NCBI GenBank assembly: GCA_963828125.1
Contig: CAWHDP010000002.1
Span: 1,280,001 to 1,344,000 of the forward strand
DNA: 64,000 bases
Reading direction: 5' to 3'
Source: an uncultured Chlamydiae bacterium
GTDB lineage: Bacteria > Chlamydiota > Chlamydiia > Chlamydiales > SM23-39
Position numbers and translations under genes: made by a program. Below the pieces are notes generated by a model, which had not been told where the DNA came from, ran no database searches, and saw only the letters and a list, made by a program, of their open reading frames with translations. This document shows, piece after piece, positions 30,974 to 40,274 of the stretch (position 1 is its first letter; each line of letters opens with the position of its first letter).

Positions 30974-31395
30974 AAAACTACTTTAGAAAGAGGGAGATGG
31001 GTTAGTTCAGATTTTTCGATCCAGGCACATCCCGCAACGTCTTCCTCGGCAATATTTTCTTGAAATTGAGATGAATCGAATTGGGTTGCTTTATAGATAA
31101 GGCACGTATGATGTAGGGAAATAGCTTCTTCACCATCCTTGTATTCGACAACGAAGGCCTGATTGGTATGTGGAACCACATCAATAAGTTCAATGCCGGT
31201 CTCTTCTATTACCTCTCTTTGGAGGGTTTGAAAAATTGTTTCCCCGTGAGCAGGTCTGCCTCCTGGAAGATCCCACATTCCTCGATAAGGGCCTCTGGAC
31301 TTTTTAACGAGGAGAATGCGTTGCCCTTTTTCAATGATCGCATAGATGCCAAGATGGAATTTCGTGGTTTTAGCTTCAGTCGAGAGATTTTTCAT
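30961..31395 (-). CDS. NUDIX hydrolase
   Basis: GGRPAHGETIFQTLQREVIEETG Nudix box. Confidence 0.92.
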   Translation of the reverse strand: MKNLSTEAKTTKFHLGIYAIIEKGQRILLVKKSRGPYRGMWDLPGGRPAHGETIFQTLQREVIEETGIELIDVVPHTNQAFVVEYKDGEEAISLHHTCLIYKATQFDSSQFQENIAEEDVAGCAWIEKSELTHLPLSKVVLCAI

Positions 31396-31498
31396 TTTTT
31401 TGTCCTGTCTAAGGGGTCAATATTATTCCCTCGGGAGATTAGGGTAAATGGTAAATAATTATTCAGACAATGAAGAATTCTGAGTGAAATTCTCGTTT

Positions 31499-32602
31499 TC
31501 AGTTCTTTGTCTTCCTAGAGCGCTTCTTCTTTTCAGGAAGGAAGCTGAGTTCAGCTTCAATTTCTTCAACTGTAGGCAGACTTGACTTGAGATCTTTCGG
31601 AAGTTTTTCAACCAACTTCACTTCAAATTCTGCCACTCCAATCGGCCGATTGAAGTTTCTCAAAACATATTCAACATAAACATTGTCTTTCGTCTTGCAA
31701 AAGATGAGCCCCAACGTTGGTTTATCGCCTTCACTTCGCAGTTGGTCATCGACCGCCGAAAGATAGGCGCTCATTTGCCCGGCATCGCGGCTATCGAACT
31801 CTCCAGCCTTAAGTTCAACGACTATGTAGCATTTCAATTTTAGGTGATAAAATAGCAAATCGATGTACAGATCCTTTTCGCCCGCCTTGATAGGATATTG
31901 CTGCCCAACAAATGCAAAGCCTTGTCCCAATTCGATCAGGCATTTCTGGATGTTATGGACAAGCCCCTCTTCCAATTCTTTTTCCAAATGTTCCTTGTGT
32001 AGAGTCAGGAAGTCGAAGATATAGGGATCTTTCGTGGTTTGCTGTGCCAAATCTGATTGAAGGGCTGGCAAAACTGCCTTGAAGTTTGTGATCGCCTTAC
32101 CTTCTCTGCGATAGAGATCATTTTCAATCCAGATTGTGAGCATGCTCCTGCTCCAACCATGCTCTATTGCCTTAGAAGCATACCAAAGACGTTCGTCGTG
32201 ATTCTTTATTTTTTGAAGGAGAAGGATGTTATGACCCCATGGAATCAAGAAAATAGGCAGAGATTCCAATTGTCGCACAGCTTGTGCGACTTTTTCATAG
32301 GCAATGAAAAAGGCCTTCATTCTAAAGATATTAGCCCTAGAAAACCCCTCTACGCCTGGGAACTCATTTTGGAGGTCTTTAGCTACCCTTTCTAAAACCT
32401 TGCTACCCCATCCCTCTCGATTTTGTTTTTCAATTATTTCCTTGCCAATCTCCCAATACAGTTTGATCAGTTCGCTGTTGACGGCGACTGCCGCCTTGAT
32501 CTGGGCAGACCGTATTTTGGATTTCAAGGAGGTGATGAATTTCACATAATCAGCCGCAGATACTTCGGCTTTTTTAGTGGCAGTAGGGATTTTTTTAGCC
32601 AT
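31499..32602 (-). CDS. YhcG/DUF1016 PD-(D/E)XK nuclease-like protein
   Basis: LYWEIGK, KDPYIFDFL, YIDLLFYH, VVELK, LPTVEEIE; start MAKKIP. Confidence 0.93.
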   Translation of the reverse strand: MAKKIPTATKKAEVSAADYVKFITSLKSKIRSAQIKAAVAVNSELIKLYWEIGKEIIEKQNREGWGSKVLERVAKDLQNEFPGVEGFSRANIFRMKAFFIAYEKVAQAVRQLESLPIFLIPWGHNILLLQKIKNHDERLWYASKAIEHGWSRSMLTIWIENDLYRREGKAITNFKAVLPALQSDLAQQTTKDPYIFDFLTLHKEHLEKELEEGLVHNIQKCLIELGQGFAFVGQQYPIKAGEKDLYIDLLFYHLKLKCYIVVELKAGEFDSRDAGQMSAYLSAVDDQLRSEGDKPTLGLIFCKTKDNVYVEYVLRNFNRPIGVAEFEVKLVEKLPKDLKSSLPTVEEIEAELSFLPEKKKRSRKTKN

Positions 32603-32786
32603 TGGAAGCCCAAATTTCTTTCTCGAATAATAGTCGGATCCCTTCACAGAGAAGGGCTGATTTGTCGGTTTTTCGACGCTCCCTGAGTCTTTTAATGAAC
32701 AGTTCGTTTAGAAGGGTCTCCTCCTCCTCGGTCATATAAACGGTGGTCTTCGCCTTTTTGGGCGTTTCGGTGTCTTTCGCTGACAT
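32595..32786 (-). CDS. Small ribbon-helix-helix-like regulator coupled to YhcG
   Basis: KTTVYMTEEE...KSALLCEGIRLL; overlaps the YhcG start. Confidence 0.6.
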   Translation of the reverse strand: MSAKDTETPKKAKTTVYMTEEEETLLNELFIKRLRERRKTDKSALLCEGIRLLFEKEIWASNG

Positions 32787-32922
32787 AATCGTCCCTAAAA
32801 AATAGTGTTGACTATGATGCCAACCTCTTCAAAAAAAGTCAAACTTTCGTGCCGATTTAATGGTTTGATGCTTTGAAGGCCATATGGTATCCTTAATCAG
32901 GAATTTTTAAGGAGAATTTTGA

Positions 32923-34026
32923 ATGCTCATTTTGAAAATTGAAGAAATAAATCCCATTTCATCCAGTTCATCAGCTATGCCACCCCCCGCGATAGCTTCT
33001 CAGTCAGCAATCACAATAAGTGGCTCTTATCGAGCAGGCCAACGAAGATTGAGAACAGAAACGGCTGGTACTTGCGCATCCCAAACTATTTCAGATGAAC
33101 TTGTGAATGTCATAGTTAAATATGGAAATAATCCGGACGGGATCCCTGCACTACTATACGCTGCGAAAGTCGGGGATTTAAAAGCCGTTGAGCTGTTGGT
33201 TCAGCATGGAGCAGACCCGTATACTAGAGATCATGAAAAGAATACAGCTCTGCATTTTGCACTGCTGTCTAAAAATCTTCAGGTTGTCAGATTTTTTTTA
33301 GAAAAGGGTCTTGATCCCAATGCCAGTAATAATTGGCTGCCAATTTGGTACGAATCGATAAAGTTTGATGATGTAGAATCGTTTAAGCTGCTGGTCGAAT
33401 ACGGACTTAAAATTAACACAGATTCTGATCTAAACAAAAATCCAGCATTGGCTGCTGTGCAATGTGGAAGCCTGAATCTATTAAAATTCATTCTTGTGAA
33501 TGGCGGGAATTTGCCTCACACAGGGATGTTTAATGGACAAGATCCAATTTTATGGTCGATTACCTCGAGATATGAAGGCAAGGGCAAAGAAAAAATCGAG
33601 TGCTTGAAGTGGCTTGTTTCCACTGGCATCTTAAATTTGAAAAACACTGATGAGTTTGACATTGCTAATTCCTATCCAGAGTTTGTTGAATATTTGCTCG
33701 ACAACAACCATATAAGTATCAATCAAAGATTTCATGGGATAAACCAATACCCCATAGTCTATGGTGCTTTTCATAACCCAGCAATTCTTCGACTCGTTAT
33801 AAAAAGAGGCGCGGATGTAAACGCAAAAGATGCATACGGAAACACACAATTGCATATTGCAGCAACAGTTTCCGGCCCTGACCAAAATTATTTGGAGTCT
33901 ATTAAAATCCTACTTGAAAATGGGGCCAATCCCAATCTCAAAGATGGTATGGGTAGAACTCCTTTATCAAGAGCACAAGACCCAAGGGTGAAAAAGTTAT
34001 TGACCGAGTATGGAGCAAAGATCTGA
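32923..34026 (+). CDS. Ankyrin-repeat protein (candidate host-directed effector)
   Basis: Repeated ALHFA...LLEKGLDPN, GADVNAKDAYGNTQLH, GANPNLKDGMGRTPL; Ser-rich N-terminus. Confidence 0.92.
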   Translation: MLILKIEEINPISSSSSAMPPPAIASQSAITISGSYRAGQRRLRTETAGTCASQTISDELVNVIVKYGNNPDGIPALLYAAKVGDLKAVELLVQHGADPYTRDHEKNTALHFALLSKNLQVVRFFLEKGLDPNASNNWLPIWYESIKFDDVESFKLLVEYGLKINTDSDLNKNPALAAVQCGSLNLLKFILVNGGNLPHTGMFNGQDPILWSITSRYEGKGKEKIECLKWLVSTGILNLKNTDEFDIANSYPEFVEYLLDNNHISINQRFHGINQYPIVYGAFHNPAILRLVIKRGADVNAKDAYGNTQLHIAATVSGPDQNYLESIKILLENGANPNLKDGMGRTPLSRAQDPRVKKLLTEYGAKI

Positions 34027-34079
34027 AAAACACAAAGGGCAAGCAGGGGGATCACGCGCGCGCATTAAGGCGCCGGAAA

Positions 34080-34313
34080 CTATTGAACTTTCCGCCCGAT
34101 CTCCCTGCTAAGACCTTTCATTTCATTCAAAAAGGCCCGTTCCATTTTCCGTTCACTTTTTGCCCTTAAAGTCATTCTTCCATGCTTCTCACGCTTAAAA
34201 AACACCCCTCCGTGCATCCGGCAACGTCCATTTTTCATGCCAGGTTGGGCACACGGAGCCCCGCCTTTTGTTCTACATTTGGCCCCACATGGCCTTATTC
34301 CGAAGACCGGCAT
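34080..34313 (-). CDS. HGGxSTG-domain-like small zinc protein
   Basis: CGAKCRTKGGAPC...NGRCRMHGG. Confidence 0.8.
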   Translation of the reverse strand: MPVFGIRPCGAKCRTKGGAPCAQPGMKNGRCRMHGGVFFKREKHGRMTLRAKSERKMERAFLNEMKGLSREIGRKVQ

Positions 34314-34783
34314 TAGTGGCCTCCTTTCGGCAATACTGTTTGCATCAAAGCATTCCCTTGCCCGTTATAGCTGTAGTTCACGACGATGTTTTGGGTAGCT
34401 CCCGTTTGTTTCTTAATGAGCATCTGCATAGCCTCACTGCTAAAGCGGAGCAGATTCAGACCGATCCTCTGATCATCAGGACAGCCCTCGGAGAGCTTTT
34501 TCATCCCCAATAAGTGACCAACGACTATTTGGGAGGCGAATAGGGTCTCTAAAGAATCCATCGGTTTAATAGACCTAATGAGAGAAACAACCCCATCCAG
34601 TTCCGCTTTTGAAAAAGATTGCCTGCCATAGTCGCCCTGCCCATAAATAGCTCTTGCTGCCTCTACAACCAACGCTTTTGCGACCTTATCCGATTCAACA
34701 TGGAATGCCTCCATGATTGGAGCGATTGCCTTTGGCGCGTCGACCATAGGTGGGGGAATGGATGATTTTTCGTCCTTAGCCAT
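34313..34783 (-). CDS. Element hypothetical protein, paralog of 34985-35527
   Basis: IKPMDSLETLFASQ...GATQNIVVNY; likely start MAKDEK after the upstream stop. Confidence 0.7.
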   Translation of the reverse strand: MAKDEKSSIPPPMVDAPKAIAPIMEAFHVESDKVAKALVVEAARAIYGQGDYGRQSFSKAELDGVVSLIRSIKPMDSLETLFASQIVVGHLLGMKKLSEGCPDDQRIGLNLLRFSSEAMQMLIKKQTGATQNIVVNYSYNGQGNALMQTVLPKGGH

Positions 34784-34787
34784 GCCT

Positions 34788-34988
34788 TCAATACCAGTAG
34801 TACCCGACAGCACGGGCACGTTTTTTAATTTCATCTGTTTCCTCCTCGTGCGTTCGCATCGCTTCTTTAGCTTTTGGATCACCTTTTTTCATCTTCACAT
34901 AGAGCTTTATCCAAGCTCTCGCTCTCTTCTCCTGCAATTTTTCTAGCCCATCAAAGTCGTAGTAATCGATGTAGTCAGAATAGCTCAT
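34788..34988 (-). CDS. Small hypothetical protein
   Basis: ATGA-coupled within the operon. Confidence 0.6.
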   Translation of the reverse strand: MSYSDYIDYYDFDGLEKLQEKRARAWIKLYVKMKKGDPKAKEAMRTHEEETDEIKKRARAVGYYWY

Positions 34989-35527
34989 AAATTTTCGGCC
35001 TCGATAGTTGATGGTTCATCTTTTTTAATATTCTTTATATTAACGACCTGCCCCTGATTTACATTGTATTGAACACTGATTTGCTGCGCGCCTTTGCTGC
35101 GGTATTTTTGGAGCGTTTCAAGTGCCTTATGGCTAAATTCAAAGAGATCGATCTGGATAGTATGCCCTACCGATTCTTCGATGCCTCGGACGTAAGTGAT
35201 AGCAAACTGAGAGGCAAGAGCAGCCTCGATTGCATCAGCTGGTTGAAGTGTCTCGATGAGGTGCATGACCATTTCGACTTGATCTCCAGTCGCAACGACC
35301 TTTTTCCCAGCTCCCTTGTATTCTATTTCGTAATCGGTCGGGTCCTTCAATCCATAGGCGGCTTTGACAGAACCCTGCACGATTCTTCTGATGACATTCA
35401 GATTAACGGACGATTTTTCAGTTTTGACAGGATTGAAATCCAACGGGACTGGGTAGTAAATGTCTTCCGGAGCCCTTTTTTTCTTTTTAGTCGTCAAACG
35501 CTTCTTATTTTGTTTTGCATTATCCAT
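34985..35527 (-). CDS. Element hypothetical protein
   Basis: LQPADAIEAALASQ...KYRSKGAQQISVQYNVNQGQ. Confidence 0.72.
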   Translation of the reverse strand: MDNAKQNKKRLTTKKKKRAPEDIYYPVPLDFNPVKTEKSSVNLNVIRRIVQGSVKAAYGLKDPTDYEIEYKGAGKKVVATGDQVEMVMHLIETLQPADAIEAALASQFAITYVRGIEESVGHTIQIDLFEFSHKALETLQKYRSKGAQQISVQYNVNQGQVVNIKNIKKDEPSTIEAENL

Positions 35528-35645
35528 GAGCCCCTCTTAAAGCCTCTAAATTCATCGATTTTACATTGCCCCAACTGAAATGCCAACGAGACACGAAAAA
35601 GGATTGTAGGGTATTTAAGAGCCATAAATTTGAAAAACGCCATTA

Positions 35646-36650
35646 TCATCCTTTCCCTTCCCAATATCGGAGACCGCCTTCAAACCATTTTCTTAAGTCC
35701 AAACCATCGAGAATAAACGAATCCGCGGGAGATTTTCTCGTTTCTGCCGGCCACGCCCGAAGATTTGGGAATGCCGAGCGCCAATAGTCATATTGTTCCC
35801 TCCCTGCCTCATCGCAATCCAAGCTGTATAGAATTCTAGCTCTTTTTCGGAGCCATTCAAATGTCTCCAGATCAGGTTTCTTAGTTGCGCCTCCCAAAGC
35901 CACGCAAGTGCAAAATTCCCCGATTTCCTGAACAAGAAGCATTGCATCGAATTCACTCTCGACAACTAAGGCAACCTGATTGGCTCGAAAGCCGACGATA
36001 GACATTCGATTTGAACCGCCGGGAATCTGTTTGTATTTCCCGTAAGGATTTCCTTCTGCCCAATCGAGATCTCGAATCTTCAATTTAGAAATGCCGCCGT
36101 CAACCATATCAGCAATCACGGGGCCCCTTGGCAAGCAAAGTTTTTTCTGCGGCTCATCCAATCCCCATTCAGACCGATATTGAAAGCGCTTTTCGGGATT
36201 CCAGCCTATGCGATAGCGGTGAATAGTATCGGCGGTCAATCCATACTTTGACCTCAGAAAGACTGCTGCTTCACGGTCAATCAGAAGACGCCGATGAGAA
36301 GTTTCACAAAATTCTTCAGCCTTTTCTTGCCAAGAATGCGCAGGTAAAGGGGCTGCTTCAAGGTGGATCGGTTTAGAAGAAAAATTGTGAGCAGGGTAAG
36401 GCTCACCGACTCGCGCTACCGCCTCTTTAAAAGTCATGCCCAGGAAATCTCTGCAAAATTGAATTGAATCGCCCTGGATACTGCATCGACGACACCAGTA
36501 TCGACCTCCTCGGTCTTGATTGGGCCATATTCTGAACCGGTCATTTCCTCCATCGGGACATGCAGGACAACGAGAGCCATATTCTCCACCTTTCGTTGCC
36601 GCTACCTTTTTAGGATCCAATCCAACCTGCATAGCCAACTCAAGTAACAT
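35646..36650 (-). CDS. Zinc-binding + TOPRIM primase-like protein
   Basis: CPACPDGGNDRF...YWCRRC, VVESEFDA, SLDCDEAG; AAAGGA precedes ATG 36650. Confidence 0.88.
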   Translation of the reverse strand: MLLELAMQVGLDPKKVAATKGGEYGSRCPACPDGGNDRFRIWPNQDRGGRYWCRRCSIQGDSIQFCRDFLGMTFKEAVARVGEPYPAHNFSSKPIHLEAAPLPAHSWQEKAEEFCETSHRRLLIDREAAVFLRSKYGLTADTIHRYRIGWNPEKRFQYRSEWGLDEPQKKLCLPRGPVIADMVDGGISKLKIRDLDWAEGNPYGKYKQIPGGSNRMSIVGFRANQVALVVESEFDAMLLVQEIGEFCTCVALGGATKKPDLETFEWLRKRARILYSLDCDEAGREQYDYWRSAFPNLRAWPAETRKSPADSFILDGLDLRKWFEGGLRYWEGKG

Positions 36651-36680
36651 CACAATTCCTTTTCTGCATTTTTGGATTCC

Positions 36681-36891
36681 TTGCGACAATTGCGACACTG
36701 CGACAAAACCATCTCTTTCTATAGAAAAAAAACGAATCTTTTGATCTTGCGACAGCATAGCGACTAGCTGCGACAAATCTGGGAAGGGTAGCGCTCCTTG
36801 TCGCAGTCTGTCGCTCTTTTGTCGCGAGGACTTTTCGAAACCATTTATCCATGCAAAAACCTTCATTGTCGCAATGTCGCAATTGTCGCAA
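36681..36891. repeat. Iteron-like array (putative ori of element 2): six TGCGACA-like then six TGTCGCA-like repeats
   Basis: Triplets at 36681-706 and 36747-776 (direct), 36798-826 and 36866-891 (inverted). Confidence 0.8.
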
Positions 36892-36895
36892 ACCA

Positions 36896-38422
36896 TCAAA
36901 AAACACATTCCCACCAATTCTTTTTCTCTGGCACAGACTTCACATACTCATGTTGAAAGAGAATCTGGATCATCCTTTCCGCCATTTTTTTAGTCCGAAC
37001 AGCATTTGGACCATTCCTCATGATCTCGCGCGCATTGAACTGTTTGAGCTTTCTTTTTTGAAGAAATTCCAAAACACCCTGCGCCAGTTCCAACTCTTGG
37101 TCAACGAATGCAATGCCGTTAATCCGTAGAGCTTCATTGAGATACCACTGAGCGATCGTTACAGCTTTTTTCATCGTTTCCACTGAGATCTCTAGAGCCT
37201 GAAGGTCTTGAAAAGTTTCTAAAATCCCGGCAATACGGGCTGCGTGCTCCGCAATTTTCTTCGCAAAGGAATAGCAGGGCCTGTATCGGCCGGTGAGGCA
37301 AAGCTCCGACTCCACTGATTCGTAAAACTCTTTCCACACTTCTTTTGCCTCAGGAGAAAGGTGGATAGGTTGTGGAACGAGTTCATGTTCCGTACCCTGT
37401 TTCAGGGGCAGGCCACCCTCTACGTCTAGAATTTCATTACATCGGTTCCAAAAGGCCAATAAATGCTCGTCTTGATTTAGATCCGCTTTGTTATACGCTC
37501 CCGTATCTCCGGCAGCAGGGGGAAATGCAGTGAGAAAACGGGCCATGATCCCTTGCTCTCGCATTTCAGGATTAGAGATAAGCTTATTGAAAATGACTGG
37601 TTGCAACATCAGATGAGAAGCCAAACGGCGTCCAGCAAGTCGATACCTTTCTTCAGAGCGGATTCGCGTAATGACGTCTCCGTCCCAAAGCTTGGAGAGA
37701 ACAGCTATTGTCTTCAGAAGATTTTCCTTGTTCATCGAATAGCCCCCAATGAATCTCGCTCCCTCGTCAGAGAATAGGCCCAATGATGGGCGACCAAGAT
37801 AATAAAGACGTTGGAGACCCTCTATTGTCGGTTCATCGCAGATAACGATCGGTTCAAGAGGTCGCTGAGGTTCAATCAGAGCAGCCAACTCTTCATTGAT
37901 ATCATCTGGGCAAATCCGTAAAAGTTTTTTTCGTTTAGCAGTCCAAGCCTCATGATCATTTTTGTATCTCTCCATTTCAGCTTTAAATTCCGATTCCAGC
38001 ACCTCGCGCTGATATGCGTGGATCGATTTTAGCGCCTGCTTGTCCGCGGTACTTTTTCGATCTCCACTTGTAGCCACCGTCAAGAAAAACTCCGATAGTG
38101 GGTGGATCCTTCCATCAATGACCACGTCTCTGTGGCCCTGAACACAAAGAGACGCCGTAGATAAAAAAGAACCTCCGCAGATCGAGTCGGCGACCTTCGA
38201 TGAGTGAATGATGCTCTGAGCCGCTCTGTCCATGAACCTTCCTAGTGCCCAAATGGGAAAAGGTTCAGGAGGAGGGACCTCTCTTTGAAGAGGGAGAGGC
38301 TCAGTACTTTTCTGCTTTTCAGAATATTTTGCCTCTAAGGCTTCAGCTTGTCTCTGGGCATTGGAAAAATCCGGTTGTTTTTCCTCGATAGGAATGCTAT
38401 CGATTGATAAAATGTGTGGCAT
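36896..38422 (-). CDS. DUF3987/YfjI-family P-loop protein
   Basis: ATSGDRKST, EPTIEGL, FSDEG, LWDG, HLMLQP. Confidence 0.9.
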   Translation of the reverse strand: MPHILSIDSIPIEEKQPDFSNAQRQAEALEAKYSEKQKSTEPLPLQREVPPPEPFPIWALGRFMDRAAQSIIHSSKVADSICGGSFLSTASLCVQGHRDVVIDGRIHPLSEFFLTVATSGDRKSTADKQALKSIHAYQREVLESEFKAEMERYKNDHEAWTAKRKKLLRICPDDINEELAALIEPQRPLEPIVICDEPTIEGLQRLYYLGRPSLGLFSDEGARFIGGYSMNKENLLKTIAVLSKLWDGDVITRIRSEERYRLAGRRLASHLMLQPVIFNKLISNPEMREQGIMARFLTAFPPAAGDTGAYNKADLNQDEHLLAFWNRCNEILDVEGGLPLKQGTEHELVPQPIHLSPEAKEVWKEFYESVESELCLTGRYRPCYSFAKKIAEHAARIAGILETFQDLQALEISVETMKKAVTIAQWYLNEALRINGIAFVDQELELAQGVLEFLQKRKLKQFNAREIMRNGPNAVRTKKMAERMIQILFQHEYVKSVPEKKNWWECVF

Positions 38423-38521
38423 CTTGTAGTTCCTTGTCGTTAGCAGTCGCCGATGGTCAGATCAGCAACTGCTCTTATGAAATTTCATTATGTTGAGGGC
38501 TCTCTTTGAAGAGCCCTCCTG

Positions 38522-38770
38522 TTATTTTTTCTCTTGTGCGGCACCAGTCTCTGTCTGAGCTCGGATTTGCTTCAGAAACCCAGCTTCATCGATCAAAATT
38601 CGCCGTCCAATTTTGACAAAGACGTTGTTAAATCCATTCGTCTTCCGAAAAAAAGCAAGATGCCTAAGCCCTCCAACCGGAGGCCAAGGATGGTATTTGG
38701 GCCAATCTACAAGCGGTATAAACTTTGTTCCCTCCTGCACTTTGATCTGGTCATCGGGGCTATCTTTTAT
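38522..38770 (-). CDS. Xis/AlpA-like DNA-binding protein, 5' end possibly cut by IS1634
   Basis: WPPVGGLRHL...KIGRRILIDE, homologous to 59957-60178; frame open up to the IS boundary. Confidence 0.7.
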   Translation of the reverse strand: MKDSPDDQIKVQEGTKFIPLVDWPKYHPWPPVGGLRHLAFFRKTNGFNNVFVKIGRRILIDEAGFLKQIRAQTETGAAQEKK

Positions 38771-40208
38771 CCCACATTCCGCACCCTCTCAGCTGTTAGC
38801 ATAGATTTTTTCAAATTGAGGACCAAGAATGGCTAAGACATGGCTCCGAACGGGATTCATGTTCAGAATGATTTCCTCTATTTTGCCTCCTATTGTCCGA
38901 ATTAAAAGGTGCACTCCCTCAAAAAGCTGAAAGATCCAGCGCATTGTGGGGGTTCGTGTTGCTTTTCCCAATTGATTCGGTACGCAAGCTTTAGCTCGTT
39001 CTAGACTCTGCCGTAAATACCGTTGTGCAATCGTGTAGACTAGCAAACAGAGGCACATCACCATAGCAAGAGCAATAATTTTTTTCTCACTTTTCAAATA
39101 TACAGCCGGCGTCATGAAGGCAGGCTCTTTTAAAAAGCGAAAACCCCGTTCCACCGATTGTTGGCCTTTGTAATTTTGTAAAAGTTCTTTGCTTGTTAGA
39201 AGAGCTTCATCTAATTCGTTGGTTGCAATAATGAATCTCCCTTTTGTTTTAAGAATGTGATCGATTTTATTTGGATCTTCTTTAAGCTGTGTTTTGACGC
39301 GGTAGTGATGAGTCACTAGCGCCCCTGCTTTAGGTCTGCCCTTTCCTCGGTGTGTTTTTTTAGATGTGATTTCTATTTCATTCAGGCAGTGATATTTGAG
39401 TTTTTTACTCCAGCGTAGTACAGCCTCTTTCGCATCATTTTCACAATCAAAGTCGGTTCGCAGCCATCGATTCAGTTCACGCTTTTGCTCTTCATTCTCT
39501 TTTTGAACTTGTCTTCTAAGTGTTTTTTCTTCGCGTATGTATGCTTGTTCAGAATAAACAAGCAACCATCGTTGCTTGACTGCCCCGTATTCGCTCTTAA
39601 ACTCCTTTCCTTGATATCCGAGTTCTAAATTTTCTAACGGACCGGTGTATTGGACGATTTGTTTTGCCTCCACCAGCGTCTCTGGAACTCTTGTAACCCA
39701 TTTTATCGATGATGACAAATCTCCAATTGTTGCCTTGGTGTACAATGCGCTGTCGGCCACAAAGTAGAGATTCTCGCCAGCTTGAATTTGTCCTCGTAAT
39801 TCCTTCAATCGTTCTCGGAACAGCTCTTTGTCTGATGTGTTACCGGCCACTGTTTTTGCTAAAAGAGGCACGTCTCCATCCTGGCTCGACATCAGATAAA
39901 TCATAAATTGTTTTAAGTCAGGACGATGATCTTTTGAATATCCAAATGTGACCAATCCTATTCCTTCATTGGTATCGTATTCCCCATGCACCTGCATACT
40001 TGTAGAATCTAAGTGTCGAAATTTTTGAGATACTCCAAAACGCAGAGCAGCTTGAGAGGCTATAGATGCAAATAGAGGATCGCATCCGGAAGCAAAAAGC
40101 TGGTTCAATGTCCTTCTCAATCGATCGTCATTGATCGCATCCTCGCAATCTTTTAATAGAAAGCGATTTACTGGCCGTGAAGAGAAAAATTGTGCTTCGA
40201 GATATAGG
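38771..40208 (-). mobile_element. IS1634 second copy, 5'-truncated
   Basis: Matches 11252-12689 by eye. Confidence 0.92.
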
Positions 40209-40274
40209 TGTCAAGCGACACCAGAAAGTGACCCACCGGCGACATTGAAAAGTGACCCACCCCCAATCCTTTTC
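40209..40274 (+). mobile_element. IS21-family terminal remnant
   Basis: Starts with TG and has tandem GCGACA...AAAGTGACCCAC repeats. Confidence 0.7.

Noticed and set aside
36651..36917. N-terminal extension of the 423-aa primase ORF
   Set aside because: It is the iteron array; an RBS and the zinc-finger start support ATG 36650
38495..38518. Rho-independent terminator GAGGGCTCT/AGAGCCCTC
   Set aside because: The hairpin is real but has no U-tract on the coding (minus) strand
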